Assembly: GCA_050304475.1 (NCBI GenBank)
Contig: JBNLDQ010000003.1
Coordinates: 53,491-117,490 of the forward strand
Origin: Turneriellaceae bacterium
Lineage (GTDB): Bacteria > Spirochaetota > Leptospiria > Turneriellales > JAOUFE01
Direction: 5' to 3'
DNA length: 64,000 bases
The position numbers and the translations under genes were made by a program. This document shows positions 18,850 to 27,849 of the stretch, one piece after another. The notes beneath the pieces are model-generated. The model was not told the origin of the DNA. It made no database searches and worked only from the letters and a program-made list of their open reading frames with translations. The number at the start of each line of letters is the position of its first letter. The stretch's first letter is position 1.

Positions 18850-18921
18850 TATAATATAAAGTTTGTTTTTCTTTTAAACATAGCTTTTTACTTTTTACAA
18901 ATAGAGAAAAAGAGAGATGAA

Positions 18922-20085
18922 GTGGAATACAAATTTACGGAAATTTTTGATATTCCTACGCTGAAACGCATTTGCGAGGGGTTCACTCAATATAGCGGCA
19001 TCGTCACCGCTTTGCTTGATTTGGATGGCAATGTCCATATTGCTACCGGTTGGCAGGATATTTGTACGAATTTCCACAGGGTTCACCCAAAAACCGCAAC
19101 CAGGTGTACGGAAAGCGATACGATTCTTGCAGGTCAACTGGAGAAGGGAAAAAGTTACAATGTCTATCTGTGCAAAAACGGACTTGTCGATGTTGCGATT
19201 CCTGTTTTGGTGAATCGCGAGCATGCCGGGAATTTTTACACCGGGCAGTTTTTTCTTGAGCCGCCTGACGTAGAATATTTTCGGGCGCAGGCGCAAGAGT
19301 TCGGCTTCAATGAACAGGAATATATGGAAGCTTTAAGCCGTGTCCCCGTTTTTACAACGGACCAGGTTAAAAAAACCATGGATTTTCTGGTAGAGCTGAC
19401 TCAGTTGATCGGCGAGATGGGCTTGGAAAGGCTGAAGATTTTACAATCGGCCAGGCAAAACCGGGATAAACTGGAAAGATTAGTGGCGCATCGGACCCAC
19501 CAGTTAACCGAAACCAAAGAAGCCCTGGAGAAAGCCAACAAAGAGCTGTTTGATTTGGCGCGCTTAGACAGCCTTACTAAAATTTATAACCGCCGCGCTT
19601 ACGAAGAATTTGCCGATACGGAATGGCGGCGAGCCGTTCGTTCGGGGCGCCCCCTTTCCATTCTTTTAATCGATGTCGATCATTTTAAACTATACAATGA
19701 TCACTATGGCCATTTGAGCGGGGACAACTGCCTGATTCGCGTTGCCGATGTTTTAAGAAGATCTCTGTCGCGCCCGTCGGACTTTTTGGCCCGGTACGGG
19801 GGGGAAGAGTTTATCTGTGTTCTTTCCGAAACCCCTTTGGAAGGAGCTTTGCAAGTCGCAAAATCGATCCGGGATTTGCTAAAAAAAATAAAATTGCCGC
19901 ATGAAGTTTCGCCCATTGATCCCTATGTCACTTTAAGTATTGGCGTCGCCGGCTGCCACCCGAAAGATTGCGATAAATACCACGACTTAATTTCAATTGC
20001 CGACCAATGTTTGTACCAAGCCAAACGAAGCGGTCGAAACCGCATTGTCTCTCAGCAAGTCGAAGCGCCGCTGGCGCCGCGCTAA
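18922..20085 (+). CDS. Diguanylate cyclase (GGDEF) with N-terminal PocR-like sensor domain
   Basis: N-terminus LLDLDGNVHIATGWQDICTNFHRVHPKTATRCTESD (PocR-like), a coiled-coil linker, then GGDEF motifs DVDHFKLYNDHYGH and RYGGEEFICVL. GTG start. Confidence 0.85.
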   Translation: MEYKFTEIFDIPTLKRICEGFTQYSGIVTALLDLDGNVHIATGWQDICTNFHRVHPKTATRCTESDTILAGQLEKGKSYNVYLCKNGLVDVAIPVLVNREHAGNFYTGQFFLEPPDVEYFRAQAQEFGFNEQEYMEALSRVPVFTTDQVKKTMDFLVELTQLIGEMGLERLKILQSARQNRDKLERLVAHRTHQLTETKEALEKANKELFDLARLDSLTKIYNRRAYEEFADTEWRRAVRSGRPLSILLIDVDHFKLYNDHYGHLSGDNCLIRVADVLRRSLSRPSDFLARYGGEEFICVLSETPLEGALQVAKSIRDLLKKIKLPHEVSPIDPYVTLSIGVAGCHPKDCDKYHDLISIADQCLYQAKRSGRNRIVSQQVEAPLAPR

Positions 20086-20277
20086 ATTCGGGTACGCCTA
20101 CCGGCTACTCATGTATTGTAGCCCCGTTTTCAGCGCGGCATACGAATTGGCATTTTTCGATAACCCGGCCCACGAAGGGTCTTTGCTTCGTTTATCGAAC
20201 GGCCACCCCCCGGACGGTTAGTCATACACATGTCATGATTCGGATTGCGAGCGGAACCTGAAAAATAGATCAGACCC

Positions 20278-21144
20278 ATGGATTACATAAAACAATTGCA
20301 AGTAGACATGCGGTTTGCTGGTCTGCGAAAAAAAACAATCGAATCTTACTCGAAAAACGTAAAAAATGCGTTAAAGTGTTTAGGTAAAAAACCGGAATCT
20401 GTCACGCCTGACGATATCAATGATTTCTTGCTCGCCCTCTACAACAGGAACGTAGCCGGTTCAACGGTCATTGGCTATTACTCGGCTTTAAAGTTTTTCT
20501 TTACCAAAACAATCAAAGCGGGCTGGGAGATGGATCGTATCCCCCGGTTGGGGCGCTACGAAAGGAGCCAACCAAGGCCATTGACGCGAGGCGAAGTCAG
20601 GCAGGTGATCGAAGGGGCTTCAAAAAAAGTTTACCGCGTCATTTTTGCGTTGTTGTATTCGTCAGGGCTGCGGGTATCCGAGGCCTGTTACTTAAAGATC
20701 AATGATTTTAATGAAAAGGATATGTTAATAAACGTGGAAAACGGAAAAGGCGGAATGAAAAGAAAAACGGTTTTGTCAGAAAAGACATGGCGAATGATCC
20801 AGGAGCTTGTAAAGAGCAACCCCGGCAAAACATGGGTTTTTCCGGCCAGACAAAATTTTTACGATAGCGAATTTCTGTTTCATATGCCGGACGAAAGCAA
20901 GCCAATGCATGTCAGGTCTGTCCAGCATGAATTTCGCAATGTGGCTGGTAAAATCGGATTGCCCGGCCACGCAACCTTGCACTCGTTACGCCACTCTTTT
21001 GCAACCCACCTTATCGAAGACGGGTTATCGATTTTTTCAATTCAAAGATTATTGGGGCATAAGAATTTAAGAACAACGTTGCAATATTTAAAGTATGCCG
21101 AGCCCCGGCCGGCAAAGTATTTCAGCCCTTACGATTTATTTTAA
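20278..21144 (+). CDS. Tyrosine recombinase / phage-type integrase
   Basis: 288 aa with catalytic signature GLRVSE...HSLRHSFATHL...LLGHKNLRTTLQYLKY (R, H-x-x-R, H, Y). Confidence 0.85.
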   Translation: MDYIKQLQVDMRFAGLRKKTIESYSKNVKNALKCLGKKPESVTPDDINDFLLALYNRNVAGSTVIGYYSALKFFFTKTIKAGWEMDRIPRLGRYERSQPRPLTRGEVRQVIEGASKKVYRVIFALLYSSGLRVSEACYLKINDFNEKDMLINVENGKGGMKRKTVLSEKTWRMIQELVKSNPGKTWVFPARQNFYDSEFLFHMPDESKPMHVRSVQHEFRNVAGKIGLPGHATLHSLRHSFATHLIEDGLSIFSIQRLLGHKNLRTTLQYLKYAEPRPAKYFSPYDLF

Positions 21145-21237
21145 CCGCATACGGGTTGTATGCTGCGGCATTGCCATATAAAAAAATTGCCGAACCCGGC
21201 GCTTTTTATTAATATCTACATATTGCGATAATACGAT

Positions 21238-21528
21238 ATGAACTTTGTCAAAGATCAAATTTTGGAAGATTTTTTTAAGAGTTTGTCTAATGAGACAAGA
21301 AGAAATATCCTTTTTTTGTTTTTTGACGGCAAACCGAAAACTGTCAATGAAGTTTCGCAAAAAGCGTCGATCAGCCAGTCCACCGCCTCTGAGTATCTCA
21401 AGCAGTTGAAACGTTCCGGACTGCTTCTCAGCAAACGGGAAGGCAAGTCGGTCTTTTATTATCCGGATGGGAAAAAAATACGGCAAATATTGGCGCAATT
21501 GGGGAAATATCTGGCTAAATGTTGCTGA
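21238..21528 (+). CDS. ArsR/SmtB-family transcriptional regulator with C-terminal Cys-Cys
   Basis: 96 aa with HTH ETRRNILFLFFDGKPKTVNEVSQKASISQSTASEYLKQLKRSGLL. Ends in ...AKCC. Confidence 0.85.
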   Translation: MNFVKDQILEDFFKSLSNETRRNILFLFFDGKPKTVNEVSQKASISQSTASEYLKQLKRSGLLLSKREGKSVFYYPDGKKIRQILAQLGKYLAKCC

Positions 21529-21567
21529 TTTTTTTTAGCGTATCATATTATCGATCAGGGAGCCTCT

Positions 21568-22248
21568 ATGAGAGAAGAAAAAACAAAAAATATAAATAAA
21601 ATGCAAACCGCCAAGTTAGATCAAAACACCGTCATTCAACTTTACAACAAAAAAGCGGCCTATTACGATATCTGGGGTAAACTCACCGAAGCCCGGGCGA
21701 GAAAGACAGCTCTGGATTTTGCCCGTATTCAAAATGGCGAAAAGGTGCTTGAGGTGGCTGTCGGGACCGGTCTTTTATTTGAAGAAATTGTCAAGGCAAA
21801 CGCTACGGGCGTCAACGAAGGGATCGATATTTCACTGGGAATGTTAGACCGGGCCGGTCAAAAAATCGAGCGGCTCAAATGCAAGAACGCCCGGCTTCAA
21901 ACGGGGGACGCCCGCAAACTGAAATTTTCAGACAACTCTTTTGATGTGGTCATGAACGGCTATATGTTTGATTTGATCCCCTCAGAGGAGTTTCTGCCCA
22001 TTTTGTCGGAATTTCGGCGCGCGTTAAAACCGGGCGGGCGCTTGGTTCTCATGAATATGAGTTTACCGCGGCGTTTTTCTCATAGTCTTTACGAATGGAT
22101 TTACCGGCTCACTCCTTCGACAATGGCCGGTTGCCGCGGCGTTGCCATGGCGCCTTTTTTAGAAAAGGCGGGCTTTGTTAAAATAAAAACGCAGTATGTG
22201 GCGCAGATGGGATTTCCTTCCGAAGTTATTTACGCCGAAAAAAGCTAG
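21568..22248 (+). CDS. Class I SAM-dependent methyltransferase (UbiE/type-11 like)
   Basis: Motif I VLEVAVGTGLL and post-I/II motifs (FDVVMNGYMF, LKPGGRLVLMN). Lies 39 nt after arsR-like, so probably an operon. Confidence 0.8.
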   Translation: MREEKTKNINKMQTAKLDQNTVIQLYNKKAAYYDIWGKLTEARARKTALDFARIQNGEKVLEVAVGTGLLFEEIVKANATGVNEGIDISLGMLDRAGQKIERLKCKNARLQTGDARKLKFSDNSFDVVMNGYMFDLIPSEEFLPILSEFRRALKPGGRLVLMNMSLPRRFSHSLYEWIYRLTPSTMAGCRGVAMAPFLEKAGFVKIKTQYVAQMGFPSEVIYAEKS

Positions 22249-22273
22249 TCTTATGAAAATTCCCGCGAACCCG

Positions 22274-22306
22274 CCCCCCTCCCAAAAAAGGGTGGGGAAC
22301 TTTTTA
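22274..22306 (+). terminator. Putative intrinsic terminator after the methyltransferase
   Basis: CCCCCCTCCC-AAAAAA-GGGTGGGG hairpin (one mismatch) followed by AACTTTTT. Confidence 0.5.
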
Positions 22307-22446
22307 ATAAGAATTTTTCACCCTGCAATGAATAAGTTACGTTATTTTGCGATTTTTCTCACTGTTTGCATAAAAAGTTAAAATAATATGAAAACCTCAT
22401 GTGATAAACACAAAAACCTATTGTTTTCTTACCTTCAATATATGCG

Positions 22447-22475
22447 TTGTGGAATTCCACACCGGTGGATATAAT
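22447..22475 (+). promoter_or_regulatory. Putative promoter overlapped by a 12-bp perfect palindrome
   Basis: TTGTGG (22447-22452), 17-nt spacer, TATAAT (22470-22475). The palindrome GTGGAATTCCAC (22449-22460) overlaps the -35 and spacer. About 95 nt upstream of ATG 22572. Confidence 0.4.
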
Positions 22476-22571
22476 GATAAGAAAATAGAATGATAAGTAA
22501 AATCGTATAAAAATAAGAAAAAACACCCGATATAAAGAGGATAGACTAATTTCCGGATCAAAGTAACCAAG

Positions 22572-24308
22572 ATGAAAAATCGTTTTTATTTATTTCTGGT
22601 CGTTCCCGTTTTTTTCTGGCAAAGCGCCTGCGAAACCGCGCAAGTCAAAGACCGCGAGACTCTCCAAAAAGCAAAAGAAGAAGCCGCCGAAGGCAGCGAT
22701 GAAAGCTGGCAAGCCATCGAACGGGCTCTTGCGACCTCGCCCCCTCAAGAGCAACCGGACCTTCACAACCTCATCATAGACGAAGCCGGCGACATTGACC
22801 GGCCCGAAGCCATAGAACTGCTCAAAAACGAAGCGACCTCGGAAGATTTGGTGAAAAGGGAACTGGCTTTAAAAAACCTTGAAGAACAGCAAAAGTTTGG
22901 CCACCACCAGGAAGCCGAAAACGCCATCGTAGAAGCAATTGCCTCCAACCGGGAACAATATGGGGTTGTTACCAAACCGGAAATCGAACGCCTCGGTATG
23001 ATTGACTCAGACCTTGGCCGGGATACCCTGATCGCTGTCTTAGGCAAAGATCCCGAACTTGACCCTCTTGTTATGTCAGCCATCGCCGGCCAACATTCGG
23101 ACTTAAATCAAAAGATTGCAGCTCTTGCCAAAGAGATCGAAGAGAAGCCGGCGGAAAAATCCAAGCCCCCCACAGAGCAGTCTCCGGCAGAGCGGAACTC
23201 TGATACGCAAGAGCCGGACGAAAAAACAACCGGCGATACTCTTCCCCCTGAAAATACGAAAGTGAACCCGGAAAGCGAAAAAGAAGAGCAGGTAAAAGAA
23301 GAAAACGCGGCATCGGAAGAAGCAAGCGCAAAGAAATCAAAAACACCAAAAGAAAAAAAGAAAAATAAAAAAAAATCAAAAACAGAAACGAGCGATACGT
23401 TAGCGATTCAACCCATACCGGACGGCGCAGAAAATCAAGAGAATGTTGCCGCGCCTGAAAGCGATGAAAAAAGCAAAACGGAAAAAGAAGAGACAGGCGC
23501 AACAAAAGCGGAGACGATCGAACGATTGAAAGACCAGCAGAAGCGAATGGTGGACGCCTTGATTCGTTACGCCTATTCAAACGCCTCGGAACAAAATCGT
23601 CTCGCAGCGCTCAATATTCTTCATGACAGCATCTATGCCGAAAACCCGGATCAGGAAATCTTCTTGCTCAACCGAACTTCACCAGCAAGCAATGCGGCCA
23701 AACTTTTTATCTACCAATATCTTGCCGAAAAGTCGCCTTCATTTGCAAAAGCCACTGTAAATAATCTGCGCGCTAAATACCTGAACGAACCGTCATATCG
23801 AAATTCGAGTACGCTTTTTGAAATCGCCTCACTCTCCGGATCAACCCCGGAAGAGATTCGCAAAGAACTCGATAAAATTTTAAAAGAACGCGATGAAGCG
23901 AAACGGTTAAAACAAATTGCCGGCTTATCGCCGCAAGAGGCCATACTCAAAGTTCTCTCTCCGTACGGCCTGACGCGCAAAACCCTCGAAAAGATGGATG
24001 CGCACTATCGCTCCGTCATCGCCGACGATTCTGTCCCGCAAAAGCCGGAAGCCAGAGTTGCCTATGCCGCTCTCAAATCCATCTATGTAGATAAATCTTT
24101 TTTTGAAATCAAAGAAGCGGGGAAGCGCGGGTTTGACAACCGCAAACTCTTTACCTCCGCCATGGACATTGTCTTGTACGATTATACCCGCGATGATATC
24201 CGTATTCTGGTAATGCAAGACCTCTTTGGGTTAACCGAAACCGAAGCGCGAAAACTGCTTCACGGTTACCGCCGCGAAAGATGGGTGTTAAAAAAAGCCA
24301 ATTTTTAA
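22572..24308 (+). CDS. Hypothetical secreted protein with a central Lys/Glu-rich low-complexity region
   Basis: Signal peptide MKNRFYLFLVVPVFFWQSAC, helical N- and C-terminal regions, and a central KEKKKNKKKSK/E-rich tract. No recognisable domain. Confidence 0.6.
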   Translation: MKNRFYLFLVVPVFFWQSACETAQVKDRETLQKAKEEAAEGSDESWQAIERALATSPPQEQPDLHNLIIDEAGDIDRPEAIELLKNEATSEDLVKRELALKNLEEQQKFGHHQEAENAIVEAIASNREQYGVVTKPEIERLGMIDSDLGRDTLIAVLGKDPELDPLVMSAIAGQHSDLNQKIAALAKEIEEKPAEKSKPPTEQSPAERNSDTQEPDEKTTGDTLPPENTKVNPESEKEEQVKEENAASEEASAKKSKTPKEKKKNKKKSKTETSDTLAIQPIPDGAENQENVAAPESDEKSKTEKEETGATKAETIERLKDQQKRMVDALIRYAYSNASEQNRLAALNILHDSIYAENPDQEIFLLNRTSPASNAAKLFIYQYLAEKSPSFAKATVNNLRAKYLNEPSYRNSSTLFEIASLSGSTPEEIRKELDKILKERDEAKRLKQIAGLSPQEAILKVLSPYGLTRKTLEKMDAHYRSVIADDSVPQKPEARVAYAALKSIYVDKSFFEIKEAGKRGFDNRKLFTSAMDIVLYDYTRDDIRILVMQDLFGLTETEARKLLHGYRRERWVLKKANF

Positions 24309-24322
24309 TGCGGCATCCGAAA

Positions 24323-25012
24323 TCATGAATCCTTATCCCCCGGATCGCCTTGCGGCCCCCCCTTCCCCCAAGGTTGAATTTTTCGGTCGTCAATGCCAAT
24401 TTGTTGAAAAATTCGATCAACGATAAAATCATATAAATCAACGATCCCCGCCGGGCGATGGTAAAACCCGGGCGACGCGGGCAGAATCACGGCGCCTGCC
24501 AAAATCAACCGTTGCATGTTCTCGACATGAACCAGGTTATACGGAGTCTCGCGAACCACTAAAATTAATTTACGCCTTTCTTTGAGAGCCACATCGGCAG
24601 CCCGCTCAATGAGGTTCCCCCCGATACCCGATGCCGCGGCCCCCATTGTCTTCATGGAACAAGGCAAAACCACCATCGCATCATAGGGCGCCGACCCGCT
24701 GGCGGCCGGGGCCGAAAATTCGGTTTCATTAAAACTGCGCCAGGTATGGCAATTTGCCGAATGGTTGTTCTCTGATTTTACTTCGCCTGCCTCGCCAAAT
24801 AGCCTGCTTGAAAAATCGGACAATGTCTCGGCATTGATTTGCTTTGGCACATCTTCAAACTCGGCTCTCAACACTTCGCCAAAATGGGTCGTTCCCGCCC
24901 AATCGGTATGCCCCTGAATATTGCGCAATCGATGGAAAAGCCGCAACAGGTACCCGGCCCCCGAGCCCCCGGTCGAGGCGATAAACAACCTTTTAAAATT
25001 CGATTTAGACAT
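24323..25012 (-). CDS. ubiX: Flavin prenyltransferase, UbiX family
   Basis: Motifs VVLPCSMKTMGAAASG, AADVALKERRKLILVVRETP and PASPGFYHRP. Confidence 0.85.
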   Translation of the reverse strand: MSKSNFKRLFIASTGGSGAGYLLRLFHRLRNIQGHTDWAGTTHFGEVLRAEFEDVPKQINAETLSDFSSRLFGEAGEVKSENNHSANCHTWRSFNETEFSAPAASGSAPYDAMVVLPCSMKTMGAAASGIGGNLIERAADVALKERRKLILVVRETPYNLVHVENMQRLILAGAVILPASPGFYHRPAGIVDLYDFIVDRIFQQIGIDDRKIQPWGKGGPQGDPGDKDS

Positions 25013-25034
25013 GGTTCCGGTTCCCTTTATTGAT

Positions 25035-25916
25035 TTATCTCGCTATGATCTGAACGTAGTAATCGATGGCGACAAAAGCTAAAAATAAAACGCTAACGGC
25101 GCTGTTAAAATGGAAAAAGGCCACAGGGATATTCTCCAGGCGCACCTTTTTCCCCCACCCTACTATCAGGTGCTCGCCCAGCATTAAGCCGCCAATCACA
25201 GCCGCCCCCGCAAAATAAATGGCTCCCAATTTTGCCGGGAAACCCAACCAGATAAAACCGGCCAATGAGAAAAGGTGGGTCAAAGCGGAAATCCGCAAAG
25301 CGCCTTCGACTCCGAAACGAACGGGCACGGAATGAAGACCTTCGTGCTTGTCAAATTCGCGGTCTTGCAATGCATATAGAATATCGAAACCGGCAATATA
25401 AAGAGCCAGGGTTCCCGATAAAATCCACGCCACCGAGGGAGCGCTGCGGGTTAAGGCGATGTAGACCCCCAAGGGAACCATTCCGATTACGCCGCCCAAC
25501 CAGTAATGGCAAAGCCAGGTAAATCGTTTCGCATAACTGTAGCCTGCAAGCAAAACAAGCGCGGGGAAGGAGAGATAAAAAGCAAGAGGGTCGAGCAACC
25601 AGGCAAAGACCCATGCCGCCGCCAAAGAAACCCCGGCAAACCACCAGACTGTTTGTACGCTCAACACCCCGGCTGGAATTTCACGGTTTTTTGTCCGGGG
25701 ATTTTTTTTGTCAATAACCGCATCGGCGATGCGATTGAAAGCCATTGAAAAACTGCGCACCGCCGTAAAGGCGCCCACGATATATAAAAACTCCCGTAAC
25801 CCGATTTTTACTTCACCCTGCCAGGCAACCGTTGCTACCGCGACCAGGGCAAAAGGCAAGCCAAACAGGGTATGCGAAAGTTTGACCATTTTTGAAAAAT
25901 TAACGAGTTGTTTCAT
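25035..25916 (-). CDS. ubiA: UbiA-family aromatic polyprenyltransferase (4-hydroxybenzoate polyprenyltransferase-like)
   Basis: 293 aa, about 8 TM segments, Asp-rich motif NRIADAVIDKKNPRT and a second YALQDREFD motif. Confidence 0.8.
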   Translation of the reverse strand: MKQLVNFSKMVKLSHTLFGLPFALVAVATVAWQGEVKIGLREFLYIVGAFTAVRSFSMAFNRIADAVIDKKNPRTKNREIPAGVLSVQTVWWFAGVSLAAAWVFAWLLDPLAFYLSFPALVLLAGYSYAKRFTWLCHYWLGGVIGMVPLGVYIALTRSAPSVAWILSGTLALYIAGFDILYALQDREFDKHEGLHSVPVRFGVEGALRISALTHLFSLAGFIWLGFPAKLGAIYFAGAAVIGGLMLGEHLIVGWGKKVRLENIPVAFFHFNSAVSVLFLAFVAIDYYVQIIAR

Positions 25917-26079
25917 CTGACGAACCGTTTTCGAGGGATAGCCAAACCGGCCTGCCCGCCCTGTAAACGTTTTTCCCTTTTCAATTTACCTTGACGCCCT
26001 GTCTTTTTTTCAGATTTTATCGAATCGGGCAAAGGATCTCTAATTTCAAAGAGTGCTTTGCCCGAAAAGGAAAACGGAT

Positions 26080-27849
26080 ATGGCTAAAAATGCACCAAAA
26101 GGCGCCGGCGAAAAAAATGGCGCCGAAATCATGTTGGATCTTCTTAAAGAAAACGGCGTCGATATCTGCTGGGGGTACCCCGGCGGAGCAATCCTCACAT
26201 TTTATGACGCAATGTATCATTCAGATATTCGCCATATCCTCGTGCGTCACGAACAAGGGGCGGCCTTTGCCGCAGAAGGATATGCGCGCGCAACCGGCAA
26301 ACTGGGGGTCGCTATCGCCACTTCCGGTCCGGGAGCCACGAACCTCTTGACCGGAATCGCCAACGCTAAAATGGACTCGAACCCGGTTTTATATATTACC
26401 GGTCAAGTCGCTACGGCCGGCATTGGCACCGATGCGTTCCAGGAAGCTGATACGTACGGCATGACGATTCCCATAACAAAATACAACGCCTTAATTAAAA
26501 ATGTCGATGACATTGCCCGGATTACGCAAGAAGCGATTACGGTTGCCAAAGCGCGCCGTCCGGGACCGACAGTCGTCGACTTCCCGAAAGACATACAGGC
26601 TGAGACGACTGAGGTAACTTCGGCCGGCGAATTTCATATCCCCGCCTTTCATTACGAAACGCCGCCTGTTACCGGCGATCTGGACAAACTGGTTGAAGCG
26701 ATCCAACGGTCCAGCCGGCCTTTGATTTATGCCGGCGGCGGCGCAATTACCTCCAATGCTTCCGGGAAGCTGACCGGTTTTGCCGAATCGTTGGGGATCC
26801 CCGTCGCCACAACCCTGATGGGTCTGGGCGCGATTCCGGGCCAGCATGATCTTTCTCTTGGAATGCTGGGAATGCATGGTACGGCGTACGCCAACCTTGC
26901 CGTTTTGGAATGCGATCTTATCATCGCCATGGGGGCTCGTTTTGACGACCGTGTTGCAGGCGACGCCGATGAGTTTGCGGCGCAAGCTACGCGCGTTCAA
27001 ATCGATATTGACGACGCCGAAATCGAAAAGCGCGTTCATGTCGACCTGCACATCCAGGGCGATCTGGGCGAAGTTCTCGATCAATTGAAAAAAAAGATCA
27101 AACCGACCCCCGGTAAAACGGCGCGCTGGCTCGAAAGAATTGAAGAACTCAAAGAGTCAAACCCCATGCGGTTTAACCGGGTCAACGATCAAATTAAACC
27201 GCAATATTTTATCCACCGCTTAAGCGAAAGAACAAACGGAAACGCTGTTGTCGTCACCGACGTAGGACAGCACCAAATGTGGGCGGCGCAATTTTACACG
27301 GTGAACCAACCCCGCAACTGGATCACTTCCGGCGGTCTTGGCGCCATGGGCTTTGGTCTGCCCGCAGCGTTAGGCGCAAAGCTCGGGCGCCCTGACGATG
27401 AGGTTATCTTGTTTACCGGCGACGGCTCTATCCAAATGAATATACAGGAACTGGCAACGGCGGCAATGTATGACGTTCCCGTTAAAATTGTCCTGTTCCA
27501 CAACGGATTTTTAGGCATGGTTCGCCAGTGGCAAGAGTTGTTTTACGAAGAACGATACTCTCATTCTGTCTTAAAGAATTTTAACCCCGATTTTATAGCG
27601 CTTGCCAATAGTTACGGAATCGAAGGCAAAAGGATCAGCAAGGCCGATGAGATCGAAGAGGGAATTGATTTTCTGCTCAACTCCAAAAAAGCGGCGTTAC
27701 TTGAAGTCATGATTCCCGAGGGCGAAATGGTGTACCCCATGATTCCCGCAGGGCATAAATACGAAGAAATGAAAGAATTCGACCCAGGCTCCGAACCCGG
27801 CGAGCCCTGGTCCATTATCCCGCACCGCGCTCCGGAGGCAAAAAAATGA
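26080..27849 (+). CDS. ilvB: Acetolactate synthase large subunit
   Basis: ThDP-enzyme motifs [26 protein letters not shown] and [16 protein letters not shown]...[12 protein letters not shown]. Start set at ATG 26080 (AAGGAA upstream). Confidence 0.9.
   Translation: MAKNAPKGAGEKNGAEIMLDLLKENGVDICWGYPGGAILTFYDAMYHSDIRHILVRHEQGAAFAAEGYARATGKLGVAIATSGPGATNLLTGIANAKMDSNPVLYITGQVATAGIGTDAFQEADTYGMTIPITKYNALIKNVDDIARITQEAITVAKARRPGPTVVDFPKDIQAETTEVTSAGEFHIPAFHYETPPVTGDLDKLVEAIQRSSRPLIYAGGGAITSNASGKLTGFAESLGIPVATTLMGLGAIPGQHDLSLGMLGMHGTAYANLAVLECDLIIAMGARFDDRVAGDADEFAAQATRVQIDIDDAEIEKRVHVDLHIQGDLGEVLDQLKKKIKPTPGKTARWLERIEELKESNPMRFNRVNDQIKPQYFIHRLSERTNGNAVVVTDVGQHQMWAAQFYTVNQPRNWITSGGLGAMGFGLPAALGAKLGRPDDEVILFTGDGSIQMNIQELATAAMYDVPVKIVLFHNGFLGMVRQWQELFYEERYSHSVLKNFNPDFIALANSYGIEGKRISKADEIEEGIDFLLNSKKAALLEVMIPEGEMVYPMIPAGHKYEEMKEFDPGSEPGEPWSIIPHRAPEAKK

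Noticed and set aside
20278-22571. Integron hypothesis. The integrase has about 13 extra residues between WVFP and HSLRH compared with XerD as I remember it, which is roughly where integron integrases carry their specific insertion.
   Set aside because: I found no attC-like sites (RYYYAAC...GTTRRRY imperfect palindromes) after the arsR-like or methyltransferase genes. The arsR-MTase spacing is only 39 nt, and the protein (288 aa) is shorter than typical IntI. This would need an IntI-specific HMM and an attC covariance model to settle.
25917-26079. An ilvB leader hairpin (CGGGCAAAG 26026-26034 with CTTTGCCCG 26056-26064) as a possible attenuator, and a T-box or leader upstream of valS (43347-43506).
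   Set aside because: There is no leader peptide rich in Ile/Leu/Val, no following U-tract, and no T-box specifier or terminator architecture that I can recognise. It may be just a 5' UTR stem.
26491-27084. Long antisense or off-frame ORFs inside well-supported genes: 26491..27084 in ilvB, 31947..32558 in the cyclase, 35040..35561, 39200..39787, 43888..44361, 49164..49823 in trpG, 50271..50765 in carA, 60488..61003 in PAP2, and 23071..23580.
   Set aside because: Each lies fully within a CDS that has clear family motifs on the other strand or frame. Their compositions are Arg/Ser/Pro-rich shadows with no start context.
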